Positions 38,474-49,300 of a DNA stretch of 64,000 bases are shown here, one piece after another; position 1 is the stretch's first letter; every line of letters begins with the position of its first letter. The DNA comes from Promethearchaeota archaeon (lineage in GTDB: Archaea > Asgardarchaeota > Lokiarchaeia > Sigyniarchaeales > SOKP01): NCBI GenBank assembly GCA_030599585.1, contig JAUVNS010000001.1, positions 32,001-96,000 on the forward strand, given 5' to 3'. The notes beneath the pieces were generated by a model. It searched no databases, was not told the DNA's origin, and was given only the letters and a program-made list of their open reading frames with translations. Position numbers and translations under genes: made by a program.

Positions 38474-39547
38474 GTGAGTAAAGTGGTAAAAGCATTCTAT
38501 TTGTGTAGTTTAGCACAAAGAGCTGGAAAGAGTTTTCTTTCCATTGGTTTTATTCAAAAATTACAAAAAGAAGGGAAACGTTTTGCGTACTTTAAACCGA
38601 TCGGGTGCCCACATGGAGCGTATAGTTCTAAGGCAGACAAAGATATTGAGTTCATTTTACAAAATGTCTATAAGGATCGAAGCCCTTATGATTTAGTTTG
38701 TCCAGTTTCTATTCCCGATTCATATTATATCGATTTAATTGATTCTAGTAAAAAATCAGAGTATATCCAAAAGATCAAGACGGCATACGACAAAATCGTT
38801 AAGGATGTTGATTACGTAATTATAGAAGGAGCACCTTCAATTCGGAAATTTGTGAGAGTGGGAATCGATGATGTTAGTATCGCAAAAGCTTTAGGCATCA
38901 ATGACTTAATCTATGTCTCTCCCGAATCTTCAGATGATTGCATTGATAATATATTTTTTACGAAAAATTACTTTGAATTCAGGAACGTTAGGATATCTGG
39001 GGTTATTTTTAATAAAATAGACCTAGAATACATAGCAAGAATCAAAGAGCTTCAAAAAGACCATATTGTTAAGTATAATTTACCAGTATTAGGTATAATA
39101 GAAAGGAGCATTGCATTATTTTCTCCCCGTGTGAACGAAGTGATGGAGGCAATAGGTGGAGAATTTATTAACGAAATGGCGTCAGCAGGCTTGAATAATA
39201 CTGTTGAAACTTTTATCATCGGAGCTATGAATGCTCAAGCTGCTCTTAAATATTTAAGACAAGTTAAAAAAGCGGCTGTAATTACAGGTGGAGATCGCGC
39301 AGATCTTGCGTTAGCAGCGCTATATGAAGATGTATCCGTGCTTATTTTAACTGGTTTTATACAACCCGATGCGAAAGTGATTACAGTAGCCAATGAGAAA
39401 AATATTCCGATAATTCTTAGCCCTTCTGATACGTATACGACAATGAGAAATCTCGAGAGAATAAAACCGGGAATTCAAGAGGATGAAATTCAAACAGTTT
39501 TAGATTTAATGGAAAACGAAATCGACTGGGATTTTTTGTTACAATAA
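38474..39547 (+). CDS. BioD-like/DRTGG phosphotransacetylase N-terminal family protein
   Basis: GKS, YFKPIG, IIEGA, ITGGDRAD; typical neighbour of ACD genes. Confidence 0.85.
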   Translation: MSKVVKAFYLCSLAQRAGKSFLSIGFIQKLQKEGKRFAYFKPIGCPHGAYSSKADKDIEFILQNVYKDRSPYDLVCPVSIPDSYYIDLIDSSKKSEYIQKIKTAYDKIVKDVDYVIIEGAPSIRKFVRVGIDDVSIAKALGINDLIYVSPESSDDCIDNIFFTKNYFEFRNVRISGVIFNKIDLEYIARIKELQKDHIVKYNLPVLGIIERSIALFSPRVNEVMEAIGGEFINEMASAGLNNTVETFIIGAMNAQAALKYLRQVKKAAVITGGDRADLALAALYEDVSVLILTGFIQPDAKVITVANEKNIPIILSPSDTYTTMRNLERIKPGIQEDEIQTVLDLMENEIDWDFLLQ

Positions 39548-39614
39548 AAAACATAACTTTTTTGAAGCTCTTTGAAGCGTGCTCAAAATCAATAAAAATA
39601 AAAAAAAGGAAATC

Positions 39615-41729
39615 TCAAATGTACTTCTCTTTAAACTCTTTTAACTTTGCCAATACCTCGTCTCGTAAAGGACCAACGATTAATTTATCTGGCCATTTTG
39701 TTTTGAGATCTTTGGCAAACTGCATAAATTGATGCAATACCGGTCCAGGGGGAAATCGATCTTTCATATTTTCAATGAAATCTCCAAAGGTTCCTCCAGT
39801 TATGGTTTGATCTATTTTTTTAGATATACTTAAAAAAAGATCGTTAATAATTGCACTTTTTTCAGGACGCATAACCGAAACTGAACCACCAACACTTTTT
39901 TCTGTCTTATCTGATTGTATATTAGAAGAAGGAGCCAATTCTGAGCCTTTACGACCTTGAACAAGGATTTCTGGTTCATATCTTGGATATTCACCTTGTC
40001 CAGTACAACTATAATTAAGATTTAATGATTCATTTCCTTTTAACTCTGCAATCTTGACATGTAACTCAGATTCTTCCCCAATTTTAACAATTTCGTAATC
40101 TTTGATGTTGATATCAGTTAAATCGAAACCCTTAGGAATTTTATCTTTTACAATTATATTTTCTAGTTCTACATTTCCTTTATTCTGGAGCCTGACGCTG
40201 ATAGAAAACTCTCCATCAGAGATACCAGGTTTTATACTTTTAAGTGTTTTCAATTTTCGCTTTACATATCTTACTTTAATTTCTGGTTCAATATCTGGAG
40301 TTTTAATATACAGATTTCCTTCTAATGGGCTATTCATTTCTATTGTTACAGGAGTTTTGTAAAGCATTTCGGTAGGTGGGCGAGGATTTCTTGCTTTAAG
40401 AGGGTACGAAACGATTAATTTAGCATCTGCTTTAAACTCGCTAGATAAATTGAAAAGTTCGATAATGATTTGGTGTTTTTCATCTGGATTTTGATTATTT
40501 GGTTCAATTTGAAGCTTTTTTGTGAAATCTGTCCGAGAACTAATGTCAATCGCCCCCAATGTAAATCTTATCTGGTTTAACATAGGAGGAATAAAATCTT
40601 GGGGAATTTCATCTATTATATTAATTGTCCCTATATCTGAGGTGCCATTATTTACAATAATAATTTCTGATACCATATCAGTATTTGCGTACGCGTCAAC
40701 TTCTGCGGGATTAAGAGATTTATTTACAGTGGCGCTTAGAACGGGATAAACAGTAGATTCTTTATTAATTTCACCACACACTCTGGTGATAACAACGAAT
40801 AAAGGCGTGAATTCAATAACAGAACTTAATTCTGGAACATTCTTAGACTCAATTGGAAAATCAAAACTCCAAGATTGGTTTGGATTAAGCAAATGGTTAG
40901 GTGCTTGAGATACTACAGGTTCGATTCCTGTAGTGATTTTCTGTGAAACTTTAGCGCTCTCCAATTTTACTTGAAATTCCGACTCGTTAATAAACTCAAC
41001 ACTACAATCCCACATTCCTGGTTGAGTTCCTTCATCTCTGTCAATCCCGGACATTGAATCCGTAAGTCCTCGGACTTCTGGATTAACCAATGTTAATTTA
41101 TAATTATTAATTAAATAAGTTACATTTAAAGCGCCTAATGCTTTTACATCTGTATCCTTTAAATTTACAGTACATTTTAACACCAATTCAGCTCTTTGTT
41201 GTCCATCTAATGATATAATATCCCAATTCAAAGCCTTCTCCTCTCCATCCTCAGCAATACCTGCAATCCCAATGTTCGGATTAGCTAATTCAATTTCTTG
41301 GAAAAATGAGGGGATTTTTCTGTTCACTTTGATGTTTGATATAGGTATATCTAAAGGATTTGTTAGTATTAAACTCAGTTTACACTTATTCTCTGTTTCA
41401 AATAGAAATGTGTTATTTAATTTATCTGGCATAGAAATAGCAGTATCAAATATTTCAACGACTTTAAGAGAAGGTTCCTTTAAATTATGAATCTCGTATT
41501 CTTTTGAGTATTCTTGGTTTGGATTTAAAATTCCCACACTTAATTCTCTTGAATTAAATGTTGTATTAACAATCTCCTTTAAGTTGCATTCCAAATTCCA
41601 TAGTCGACTTTTCTGAGAAGGATTCTTTATTAGAATTTTTCCATTTCCTTTAATTTCTTTTTGATTTAGTTGACCATCTAAAAGAATTTTTTCATTTTCA
41701 GTAATATCTACAATTATTAAATCAGACAT
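39615..41729 (-). CDS. Multi-beta-sandwich protein, N-terminus resembling an adaptin mu-homology domain
   Basis: Repeated N-x-G..I.NI.I.D.IP..F Ig-like units; no signal peptide or TM. Confidence 0.5.
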   Translation of the reverse strand: MSDLIIVDITENEKILLDGQLNQKEIKGNGKILIKNPSQKSRLWNLECNLKEIVNTTFNSRELSVGILNPNQEYSKEYEIHNLKEPSLKVVEIFDTAISMPDKLNNTFLFETENKCKLSLILTNPLDIPISNIKVNRKIPSFFQEIELANPNIGIAGIAEDGEEKALNWDIISLDGQQRAELVLKCTVNLKDTDVKALGALNVTYLINNYKLTLVNPEVRGLTDSMSGIDRDEGTQPGMWDCSVEFINESEFQVKLESAKVSQKITTGIEPVVSQAPNHLLNPNQSWSFDFPIESKNVPELSSVIEFTPLFVVITRVCGEINKESTVYPVLSATVNKSLNPAEVDAYANTDMVSEIIIVNNGTSDIGTINIIDEIPQDFIPPMLNQIRFTLGAIDISSRTDFTKKLQIEPNNQNPDEKHQIIIELFNLSSEFKADAKLIVSYPLKARNPRPPTEMLYKTPVTIEMNSPLEGNLYIKTPDIEPEIKVRYVKRKLKTLKSIKPGISDGEFSISVRLQNKGNVELENIIVKDKIPKGFDLTDINIKDYEIVKIGEESELHVKIAELKGNESLNLNYSCTGQGEYPRYEPEILVQGRKGSELAPSSNIQSDKTEKSVGGSVSVMRPEKSAIINDLFLSISKKIDQTITGGTFGDFIENMKDRFPPGPVLHQFMQFAKDLKTKWPDKLIVGPLRDEVLAKLKEFKEKYI

Positions 41730-41877
41730 TTTCTCTATAACCTTAATATGTTTTAAAAGTATTATTAAACAATTTTTTTTATATAAAAAAAATAAAGTTC
41801 AAAAATATAAGTTTTCGGAAATCAAAAATTTTTAAAAAATAAAAAAAAATAGAGATTAATTAAAAGTAAAAATACAT

Positions 41878-42153
41878 TTAGAGAGTTGGTAATATGGCTC
41901 CAAGTCCCATCAGGATTAAGAAAACTAGTAACATTGGTAAGATGAATAGAATAAATACTATATCGAAAATACCAAATATTAATCCTGCTATTGCCATCCC
42001 TTTAGATTCGTCCGCAATCAGGCCTACAATGCCAAGAACGATAGCCGCTCCTGGTAAATAGTAAAAACCAAAAGGAAGAGAACCTAACAAAAGCCATGCA
42101 AATAACCCTAATATCCCACAAAGTAAAGCGAGAATCCCAAAAAGTTTACCCAT
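41878..42153 (-). CDS. Small 3-TM protein (paralog of 59084..59347)
   Basis: LCGILGLFAW, YYLPGAAI; ATG at 42153 preferred. Confidence 0.7.
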   Translation of the reverse strand: MGKLFGILALLCGILGLFAWLLLGSLPFGFYYLPGAAIVLGIVGLIADESKGMAIAGLIFGIFDIVFILFILPMLLVFLILMGLGAILPTL

Positions 42154-42290
42154 TTTTATCACTAAATTTAGTTTTTATTAGTTTTAATTTCTATGTAGAG
42201 TTTATTAATCTTTAATGAGTGCAAGATCTATAAAAATCTTAGTATAAATAAAAGGGTAAAAGAGTTAAAATATAGCCTAATTCTGTAAAT

Positions 42291-42986
42291 TTACTGTTCT
42301 GATCCACAATTTGGGCAAAATTTTGCTTCAAACGATATTTTTGTACCACAATGTGCGCAGAATTCCGGTCTTGGACTATATGAACTCTCTTGTTTTTTGA
42401 CACTTGTGGGTTCCTTCGTTATTTCTGAAGATTTGATCGATGGTTTGACCGATCCAGAAAAATTTGCTTTAATCTTAGAAACATCTTCAATAAGTTGTAC
42501 ATCATTTTTTCTTTTTTTCGAAAAGCTATTAGTTAGTACCCAAAAGATTATCATAGCCGGAACGAGTGCAATGATAAGAACCATGAAAATAATTATCGAG
42601 TATAGCGATCCAAAAATGCCCCACATCGACCCAAAAGATATCGGGATGATACCTACTACTACTAATACTCCTATGACTAAACCAATTGTAACTAAAATAG
42701 CAGAAGTTAGCGACATATAATACATCCAATCACTTGATCCTTCTAACATGTTTTCTTCAATGTTTCTCGATTGGTTAATGATGTAATTGATCCTTACTTT
42801 ATTCCCCGAGGTTGTGGTTCCAATTACGATAATATTATCTGATGGACTCAGAGTTGGTCTTTTTTTCGTTGAAAAACAATAATGTAAGTTATTTTGCGAG
42901 TCTTCTAACATAAAAGACAAATTTCCCGAATAGGATTTTGTGAAACTTTTAACCATTCCTTCCAAAACAATTGTGTGTTCAGACAT
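42291..42986 (-). CDS. Membrane protein with C-terminal zinc ribbon
   Basis: OB-like N-domain, 2 TM, FCAHCG..FCPNCG. Confidence 0.8.
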   Translation of the reverse strand: MSEHTIVLEGMVKSFTKSYSGNLSFMLEDSQNNLHYCFSTKKRPTLSPSDNIIVIGTTTSGNKVRINYIINQSRNIEENMLEGSSDWMYYMSLTSAILVTIGLVIGVLVVVGIIPISFGSMWGIFGSLYSIIIFMVLIIALVPAMIIFWVLTNSFSKKRKNDVQLIEDVSKIKANFSGSVKPSIKSSEITKEPTSVKKQESSYSPRPEFCAHCGTKISFEAKFCPNCGSEQ

Positions 42987-43122
42987 TTTGTTAAATCAAC
43001 TCGAAATTAATATTGAATAATGTTAAATTAATATCGTATGGTCTTAATTTATAAGAAATTTAAACTAATATTTAATTTTTTCAGCATAAAGTAGGTTGTG
43101 TTGGAATTATCATTTAGGATTC

Positions 43123-43695
43123 TTAACTTTTTCTCTCACGAAAACCATGTTCGTATAATTTATCTCGAATCTTTTTCATTCCGGGACAATCATCCCAATT
43201 TCCTTGGTAGTCACATTTAATACAATCCTTTTTAAGACGGTTTGCTCGAATGTAGGCTATTGCTCCAATTAGGAAATTAATTTCTAACAATGTAAGTATT
43301 TTTACGAATAATGGGAAAGGTAATAGAAATACGGAAACGAGATGTAATCCTACTCCTATTCCGTTAGAGGCTTTTGAGAATATCTTTAGGAATCGGTACT
43401 TGGTTAAACCTATAACGCTGAGGATTATAGGTATAAAAAAGATAGGTGAAATGAGATACATAATGATCAAATTGTATATGTTTAGGTCTATAAACAATAA
43501 AGTAAGAATGATAGTGATTATTATTACGGGATAGAAAGTAAAGCAACCAATACAGAGCCGCCGTTTTCCTAAGTGATATACATGGGCTGAGAACTCATCG
43601 CAATTTGGATGGTGCGATAACATGATTGGTTTAAAATCCGATAAAAGCAAGCGGAAACGAGAAAATTTATGTCTTATCTTTTTAAAAAACTTCAC
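43123..43695 (-). CDS. Cys/His-rich membrane protein (DUF2085-like)
   Basis: LSHHPNC, LCIGC, 4 TM, CIKC..CPG. Confidence 0.65.
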   Translation of the reverse strand: MKFFKKIRHKFSRFRLLLSDFKPIMLSHHPNCDEFSAHVYHLGKRRLCIGCFTFYPVIIITIILTLLFIDLNIYNLIIMYLISPIFFIPIILSVIGLTKYRFLKIFSKASNGIGVGLHLVSVFLLPFPLFVKILTLLEINFLIGAIAYIRANRLKKDCIKCDYQGNWDDCPGMKKIRDKLYEHGFRERKS

Positions 43696-43800
43696 CTTGG
43701 TTTGTAAAGTATCCTCAAATATTTTTTCTGAAAATAAAATTACTTGAATCCAATCAAAATTAAAAAAAAAAGAATAGATTGTTATAAATAATATTCTAAT

Positions 43801-44019
43801 TTAATCTCTAACTACTAAATAGATGATGCAGCCTATACATCCTGTAACTAAAACTATTAATAACCAGACTGCTGCATTCATGTCTCTTTTCTTAGCGTCC
43901 TTATATACCCATATAGCGACTATTATTGCGATAATAAACCAGACTCCAGCCAAGATTAAGGGTAGTATCAATAAGAATCCTAACGCTCCAAAAGGATCAA
44001 ATGGGAAAGTAAATAACAT
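43801..44019 (-). CDS. Small membrane protein (PLDc_N-like)
   Basis: WVYKDAKKR..WLLIV..IIYLVVR. Confidence 0.75.
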   Translation of the reverse strand: MLFTFPFDPFGALGFLLILPLILAGVWFIIAIIVAIWVYKDAKKRDMNAAVWLLIVLVTGCIGCIIYLVVRD

Positions 44020-44225
44020 TTTTTTTTGCCTCAGTTTTGTTTTTATACTACAAATTTTTTAAATTTGTTGTAATTAACATAGTCATCGTGTTATTTAAAG
44101 ATGCTTATTTCCCAGCACTAACCCACTATTAAACTTATTACAATTCTTGAATTAAATGCAATAATTGCATGTAATTTCTCTTTGATAATAATATAAAATA
44201 ATAATAAAAACATCTGACTATTGAG

Positions 44226-45503
44226 ATGCCTCGGCAAATTTTAAATAAGAACCGTATTACATTTCTCTCTTTTGTAGTGTTGTTTTTAGTTTCAAATATA
44301 ACAATGTTTTCTATTTTTGTCGACAATAACATGATGCCTACTTATTTAGATGTAGATCGAAAAGCCAATGGAAACACCATGATTTCTACATTCAGTTTTT
44401 TAGAAGTATTGAATTATCCAAATAGAATGCTAAATCAGATTCCAGTAGAACCAAATAGTTCAGATCATAAAATCTTTGAAGTAGATCGATCAGGAAATAA
44501 AGTATGGGAGCTAATTGGCTTAGCGCAACCTCATGAGATTGAGGAATTACCGAATGGACATTTATTAATAGCCGATACTGGCTTTGATAGGGTAATAGAA
44601 ATCGATTATCCAAATAAAAATATAGTATGGGAATGGAAACCAGAGCACATTAATTGGACCAAGGTAAACCCACTCTGGGATTCTAGCCATTATTACAATG
44701 GGCCTCCAGCTTTTGATTGGACTCATCTAAACGATGTGGATTTTAAGCAGTACTCTACTTGGAACGCGTGTTTAATTTCAATTCGGAATTTTGATATGAT
44801 TGTAGAAGTTAACTATACTGCAGAAAAATTAGGTCCCAGTAATAATCCCGATAATATTGTGTGGTATTATGGGGATTATAAAAACCATTCAGTTCTACAA
44901 CGACAGCATAATCCGGATTATTTAAGTAATGGAAACATTATCATTGCTGATTCTGAAAATAATCGAATCATAGAGGTCAATTACACCACTAAAAAGGTAG
45001 AATGGGTATATCAAAGCGGATTAGATTGGCCAAGAGACGCAGATGAAATACTCAACGGAAATATTTTGATCACAGATTCGTTAAATAGTAGGGTCTTTAT
45101 AATTAATAAAGAGTCTAAAGCAATTTTATGGCAATTCAAAGGTGATTTAGTAAATCCATATGAAGCCGATATGCTCGACAATGGAAATATACTAATTGGT
45201 AATGGTATAGGAGGTGTTGTATATGAACTTAATAGAGATGGTGCCATAGTTTGGAAATATGGTTTGTCCTATTTAAAGAGTGTAGTGTACCTTAATTGTA
45301 TCATTACTGTGCTTATGTCGGGAGCGTTTTTATTTTTTCTATTTACCAAGAAAAACTGGAAAGCAGAGTTTACAAAAAGAAAATTAAGTTTTTCGATCAA
45401 ATCAGGGGTTTTAATAAGCCTCATTATAATTTCTATTACAGTATTACTCACTTATACTTCAATTACAATGTTGGTGTTCCGAATCTTGTTTAGTAGTAGA
45501 TGA
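44226..45503 (+). CDS. Arylsulfotransferase (ASST)-like beta-propeller, membrane anchored
   Basis: DWTHLNDVD, ISIRN, QHNPD, WPRDAD; N- and C-terminal TM helices. Confidence 0.82.
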   Translation: MPRQILNKNRITFLSFVVLFLVSNITMFSIFVDNNMMPTYLDVDRKANGNTMISTFSFLEVLNYPNRMLNQIPVEPNSSDHKIFEVDRSGNKVWELIGLAQPHEIEELPNGHLLIADTGFDRVIEIDYPNKNIVWEWKPEHINWTKVNPLWDSSHYYNGPPAFDWTHLNDVDFKQYSTWNACLISIRNFDMIVEVNYTAEKLGPSNNPDNIVWYYGDYKNHSVLQRQHNPDYLSNGNIIIADSENNRIIEVNYTTKKVEWVYQSGLDWPRDADEILNGNILITDSLNSRVFIINKESKAILWQFKGDLVNPYEADMLDNGNILIGNGIGGVVYELNRDGAIVWKYGLSYLKSVVYLNCIITVLMSGAFLFFLFTKKNWKAEFTKRKLSFSIKSGVLISLIIISITVLLTYTSITMLVFRILFSSR

Positions 45504-45577
45504 TGACTCAAATAATTATTAAATTTTGACTTACCTAAAAAAACTTAAGTATAGAGATGTAATTAAAGAACAATAAT

Positions 45578-47128
45578 ATGAGAATTAGAAACCCTTTTTC
45601 CATTCGAATCGCACTACATCTAATTCTATTATTATTACAATTACTATTTTGGAATTTCACCATAGACGATGCGTTTATCTCGTTTAGATACGCTAAAAAT
45701 CTTTTTTTCAATCAAGAAATGGTATTTAATGTAGGTGAGGCTCCCGTTGAAGGTTATTCGAATTTCTTATGGGTAATGTGGATGACGTTAAGTTTCGCTT
45801 TTAACATAGAAATTGTCTTTTTTTCCAAAGTTTCTGGATTGATTTTTTGTCATTTTAGCGTTGTAATCCTTTACAAATTAGCTTTTCGAATAAGTAAATC
45901 AAAAGATTCAAGCTGTCTGATAATTCTTTTTTATGTTTTAACTCCAAACATAGCTCTATGGTCAGTGGGTGGTTTAGAGACTTCCCTATTCTCCTGTCTT
46001 TTACTTGTATCCGTTTACTTTTTTATTCAAGATGTATCTGTTAGGAAAAATCGAATTGTTAAGCTATCACCTTTTTCTTTCCTGTTGTTAAGTTTAACGC
46101 GTCACGAAGGAGCAGTCTTATATACCCTAACATTGATTTTCTTTATTTATTTACTCATCAAGAGCAAAGAAATTGAAGTCAATAGACGAATCATTCTTCT
46201 TTTTTGTTATGGAGGAACATTTTTGCTTACATACGCACCATATTTTCTATGGAGAATCGCTTATTATAACAACATCCTCCCCCATACATTCGTAGCAAAG
46301 CAAACGGGTTTTGATTTATTGTTGTTTATGGGGCGATTGGTTTTTTATTTACCGTTAATAATCTTTCTATTACCTACTTTTCTCCTAATTATGCTATATT
46401 ATATTAAACGCTCCAATTACCGAATAAAGGATGTAATTCAACAGTATATTATTCTAATTATACTTTCATTATCAATTATAATCCTATTCTTAACAGCTTG
46501 GATGCCCGGATTTAGATTTACCGTGCCGATAATTCCATTAGTCTATTTACTACTACTGAAACCGCTTAATTTCATATTTACTACTTATAGAAACAAATTT
46601 AAACTCAGCATTTTGTCTAAGAACTTCAAATATATAACTGTAACAATAATTTGCGTATTAAGTTTCTCACAGATTTTTACATTCTATCCTTTCGTTGATT
46701 TTTATGGAACTGGAATCAACGATTGTAATATAGTTTTAGGAAAGTGGATTGACGAGAATTCATCAGAAAATGCATCTCTTGCCGTTTGGGATGCTGGAGC
46801 TATTCCATTTTATTCTAATATCCGCACAATAGATATATACCCCGATAGTTTACAAGATCTACATTTATATAATAATCCGGAGGATACAGATTATATTTTA
46901 GACCAAAATATAACTTTTCTTATATTGAATGACGAGTATTTTAGTTACATTAAAGCAGATGTTCGCTTTCTCAATAATTATCACTTAATATTTTTCGCCC
47001 AGTTCTATTATGCTGACAATTTCTACGGAAGAGATTATGTCTACCAAATGTATTTATTCAATGAATTTAATATCTCTGAATCAGCGATCAGCGCCTTGAT
47101 TAACTCTTCTAATAGATTTTACATTTAA
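45578..47128 (+). CDS. GT-C fold membrane glycosyltransferase
   Basis: DDAFISFRYAKNL, VEGYSNFLW, GLET, TRHEG, RF, DAGAIPFYS. Confidence 0.82.
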   Translation: MRIRNPFSIRIALHLILLLLQLLFWNFTIDDAFISFRYAKNLFFNQEMVFNVGEAPVEGYSNFLWVMWMTLSFAFNIEIVFFSKVSGLIFCHFSVVILYKLAFRISKSKDSSCLIILFYVLTPNIALWSVGGLETSLFSCLLLVSVYFFIQDVSVRKNRIVKLSPFSFLLLSLTRHEGAVLYTLTLIFFIYLLIKSKEIEVNRRIILLFCYGGTFLLTYAPYFLWRIAYYNNILPHTFVAKQTGFDLLLFMGRLVFYLPLIIFLLPTFLLIMLYYIKRSNYRIKDVIQQYIILIILSLSIIILFLTAWMPGFRFTVPIIPLVYLLLLKPLNFIFTTYRNKFKLSILSKNFKYITVTIICVLSFSQIFTFYPFVDFYGTGINDCNIVLGKWIDENSSENASLAVWDAGAIPFYSNIRTIDIYPDSLQDLHLYNNPEDTDYILDQNITFLILNDEYFSYIKADVRFLNNYHLIFFAQFYYADNFYGRDYVYQMYLFNEFNISESAISALINSSNRFYI

Positions 47129-47134
47129 AACAAT

Positions 47135-47947
47135 TTAATCTAATTTTAACCCTTTAACCGGCTTGCGTGATCGTGGAGGAGCTCGTTTGAAGGTTATGTT
47201 AGGATATCCAATCATAAAAGCTCCAATACGTTTCCCTCTCACACCAGCTAATTTCATAATTTTCTTATTGTGCTGAGATGCAATATTAATAAAACCATTC
47301 CAACACGTACCTAAACCTAAAGATTGTGCTGCGAGTCTACCATACGTAATTATGATACCAATATTATGATCAGCAAGTTGCATATCAAACATGGATGATA
47401 CAAATATCACATGAGGAGCATCATGGAATAAGGGATTAGCATAATTTTTTTTCCGAGCTTCAAAAGATTCTCCATATTGTGCTCTCATGCCAAGTTTATT
47501 AAATAACGTGTCAATTACCTCATCTGATAAACTCTTTAATATCTCTTGATCAGATACAATCGCATACTTTTCATACCTGAGATTACTGGCTGTTGGAGCA
47601 TGTTGCATAAGATCCAGGACTTTTTTTAAGATATTCTTAGGCACTTCTTTCTTTTTGTACTGCCTTATAGAACGGTGACCTCTTAGAAATTTATACAGAT
47701 TATCGTAGGGTACGATTGAATCGAGTTTTTCAATCCCTTCAAAAGCGAAAGCCTCATCTCCAAAATCTTCGTAAATTATTGCATCTTGTGGACAAACTGC
47801 AATACAGTGCCCACAAAGCATACACATATTGTCTAAATCTTCAAAAAGGACATTATTTTTGGCTTCATCTAACGAATAAAATCGACACTCTTGAATACAC
47901 AAACGGCAACCATTACATCTTTCATAATCTATTCCCACGATCGGCAT
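47135..47947 (-). CDS. Ferredoxin-nitroreductase fusion
   Basis: Two CxxCxxCxxxC, RSIRQY, APTASN, GLGTCWNG. Confidence 0.92.
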   Translation of the reverse strand: MPIVGIDYERCNGCRLCIQECRFYSLDEAKNNVLFEDLDNMCMLCGHCIAVCPQDAIIYEDFGDEAFAFEGIEKLDSIVPYDNLYKFLRGHRSIRQYKKKEVPKNILKKVLDLMQHAPTASNLRYEKYAIVSDQEILKSLSDEVIDTLFNKLGMRAQYGESFEARKKNYANPLFHDAPHVIFVSSMFDMQLADHNIGIIITYGRLAAQSLGLGTCWNGFINIASQHNKKIMKLAGVRGKRIGAFMIGYPNITFKRAPPRSRKPVKGLKLD

Positions 47948-48112
47948 AATTTTCCACGATTTGTATTTTTATAGAATATATTAAAGAATAGAATTTCTTT
48001 AAATTTTCGGGTTAATAATATTAGTATTTTGAAATTATATCAATGAAAAAGAATTGGCGTAATTTGAATCAACTGAGAATGATTTTTAAAGTGTCAAGAA
48101 TTTTAGAAAATT

Positions 48113-49222
48113 ATGATAAGTGATTTTTACGAAAAATTAGCTAAATTAGCAGTAAATTATGCCGTGGACGTAAAAAAGGGCCAACGAGTGGCTGTAGTAG
48201 GACCAACATTGGCTAAAGAACTCTTTCAAGCAATTTATGTAGAGGTTATAAAAGTGGGTGCTCATCCAACTTTGGTTCCTGATATCGAAGGAACTCAAGA
48301 ATTACTTTATAAATATGGTTCTGAAGAACAATTGGAATATGTTGATACCATCCAAAAAATGGTGATTAACGAATTTGACTGCCTTATTAGTATTTTTGCG
48401 GATTATAACCAGAAAAAACTGTCGTTAGTCGATCCAAAAAAGGTTGCTAAATCTCGAGGATCACCAGGACGTCGAGAAATGATGGGAATTTATATGGAAA
48501 GATACGCTAAAGGTGAATTGAATTGGGTTATAGTTCCTTTTCCGTGTAATGCATTTGCACAAGAAGCAAATATGGATCTTTTCTCGTACTTTGACTTTGT
48601 AAAAACCGCATTACTCTTAGATAAGGATGATCCCGTAAAAGAGTGGAAGGAAATTGAGAAGAAACAAGATAAACTCGTCGAAATTTTAGACAAAGTGGAA
48701 AAAATACAAGTTTTAGGGCAAGATACGGACTTAACTGTTTCAGTGAAGGGTAGAAAATGGATTAATTGCTGCGGACATAATAATTTACCTGATGGTGAGG
48801 TATATACAAGTCCTTTAGAAGATTCTGTTAATGGACACATAAGATTTACATATCCCGGAATTTATAGCGGTAGAGAAGTAGAAAATATATACTTAGAATT
48901 CAAAGATGGAATAGTTACCAAAGCTACTGCAGATAAGGCTGAGGACTTGCTTCATGAGTTAATTGCTATCGAAGGTGCTAAAATCCTTGGTGAATTCGCT
49001 TTCGGAACTAACTATGGTGTCACCGATTTTACAAAAAATATGTTGTTTGACGAAAAAATGGGAGGGACTATGCATTGTGCGTTAGGTGCAGGACCACCCG
49101 ATACAGGATCAACCAACAAAAGTGCGATTCACTGGGATATCCTTAAAGATATGAGCTTACCAGGTTCTAAGGTTATTGCTGACGGAAAAATTATTTACGA
49201 AGAGGGTAAGTGGAAGATTTAA
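48113..49222 (+). CDS. Aminopeptidase, M29 family
   Basis: NLPDGEVYTSP, GEFAFGTN, LFDEKMGGTMHCALG, SAIHWD. Confidence 0.95.
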   Translation: MISDFYEKLAKLAVNYAVDVKKGQRVAVVGPTLAKELFQAIYVEVIKVGAHPTLVPDIEGTQELLYKYGSEEQLEYVDTIQKMVINEFDCLISIFADYNQKKLSLVDPKKVAKSRGSPGRREMMGIYMERYAKGELNWVIVPFPCNAFAQEANMDLFSYFDFVKTALLLDKDDPVKEWKEIEKKQDKLVEILDKVEKIQVLGQDTDLTVSVKGRKWINCCGHNNLPDGEVYTSPLEDSVNGHIRFTYPGIYSGREVENIYLEFKDGIVTKATADKAEDLLHELIAIEGAKILGEFAFGTNYGVTDFTKNMLFDEKMGGTMHCALGAGPPDTGSTNKSAIHWDILKDMSLPGSKVIADGKIIYEEGKWKI

Positions 49223-49300
49223 ACAAATTCTATTTACTAATAAAACTTTTAACTAAATTTTCTCTTTTAATTTTAAATTGATTGATAAATTCGTAAAAAT

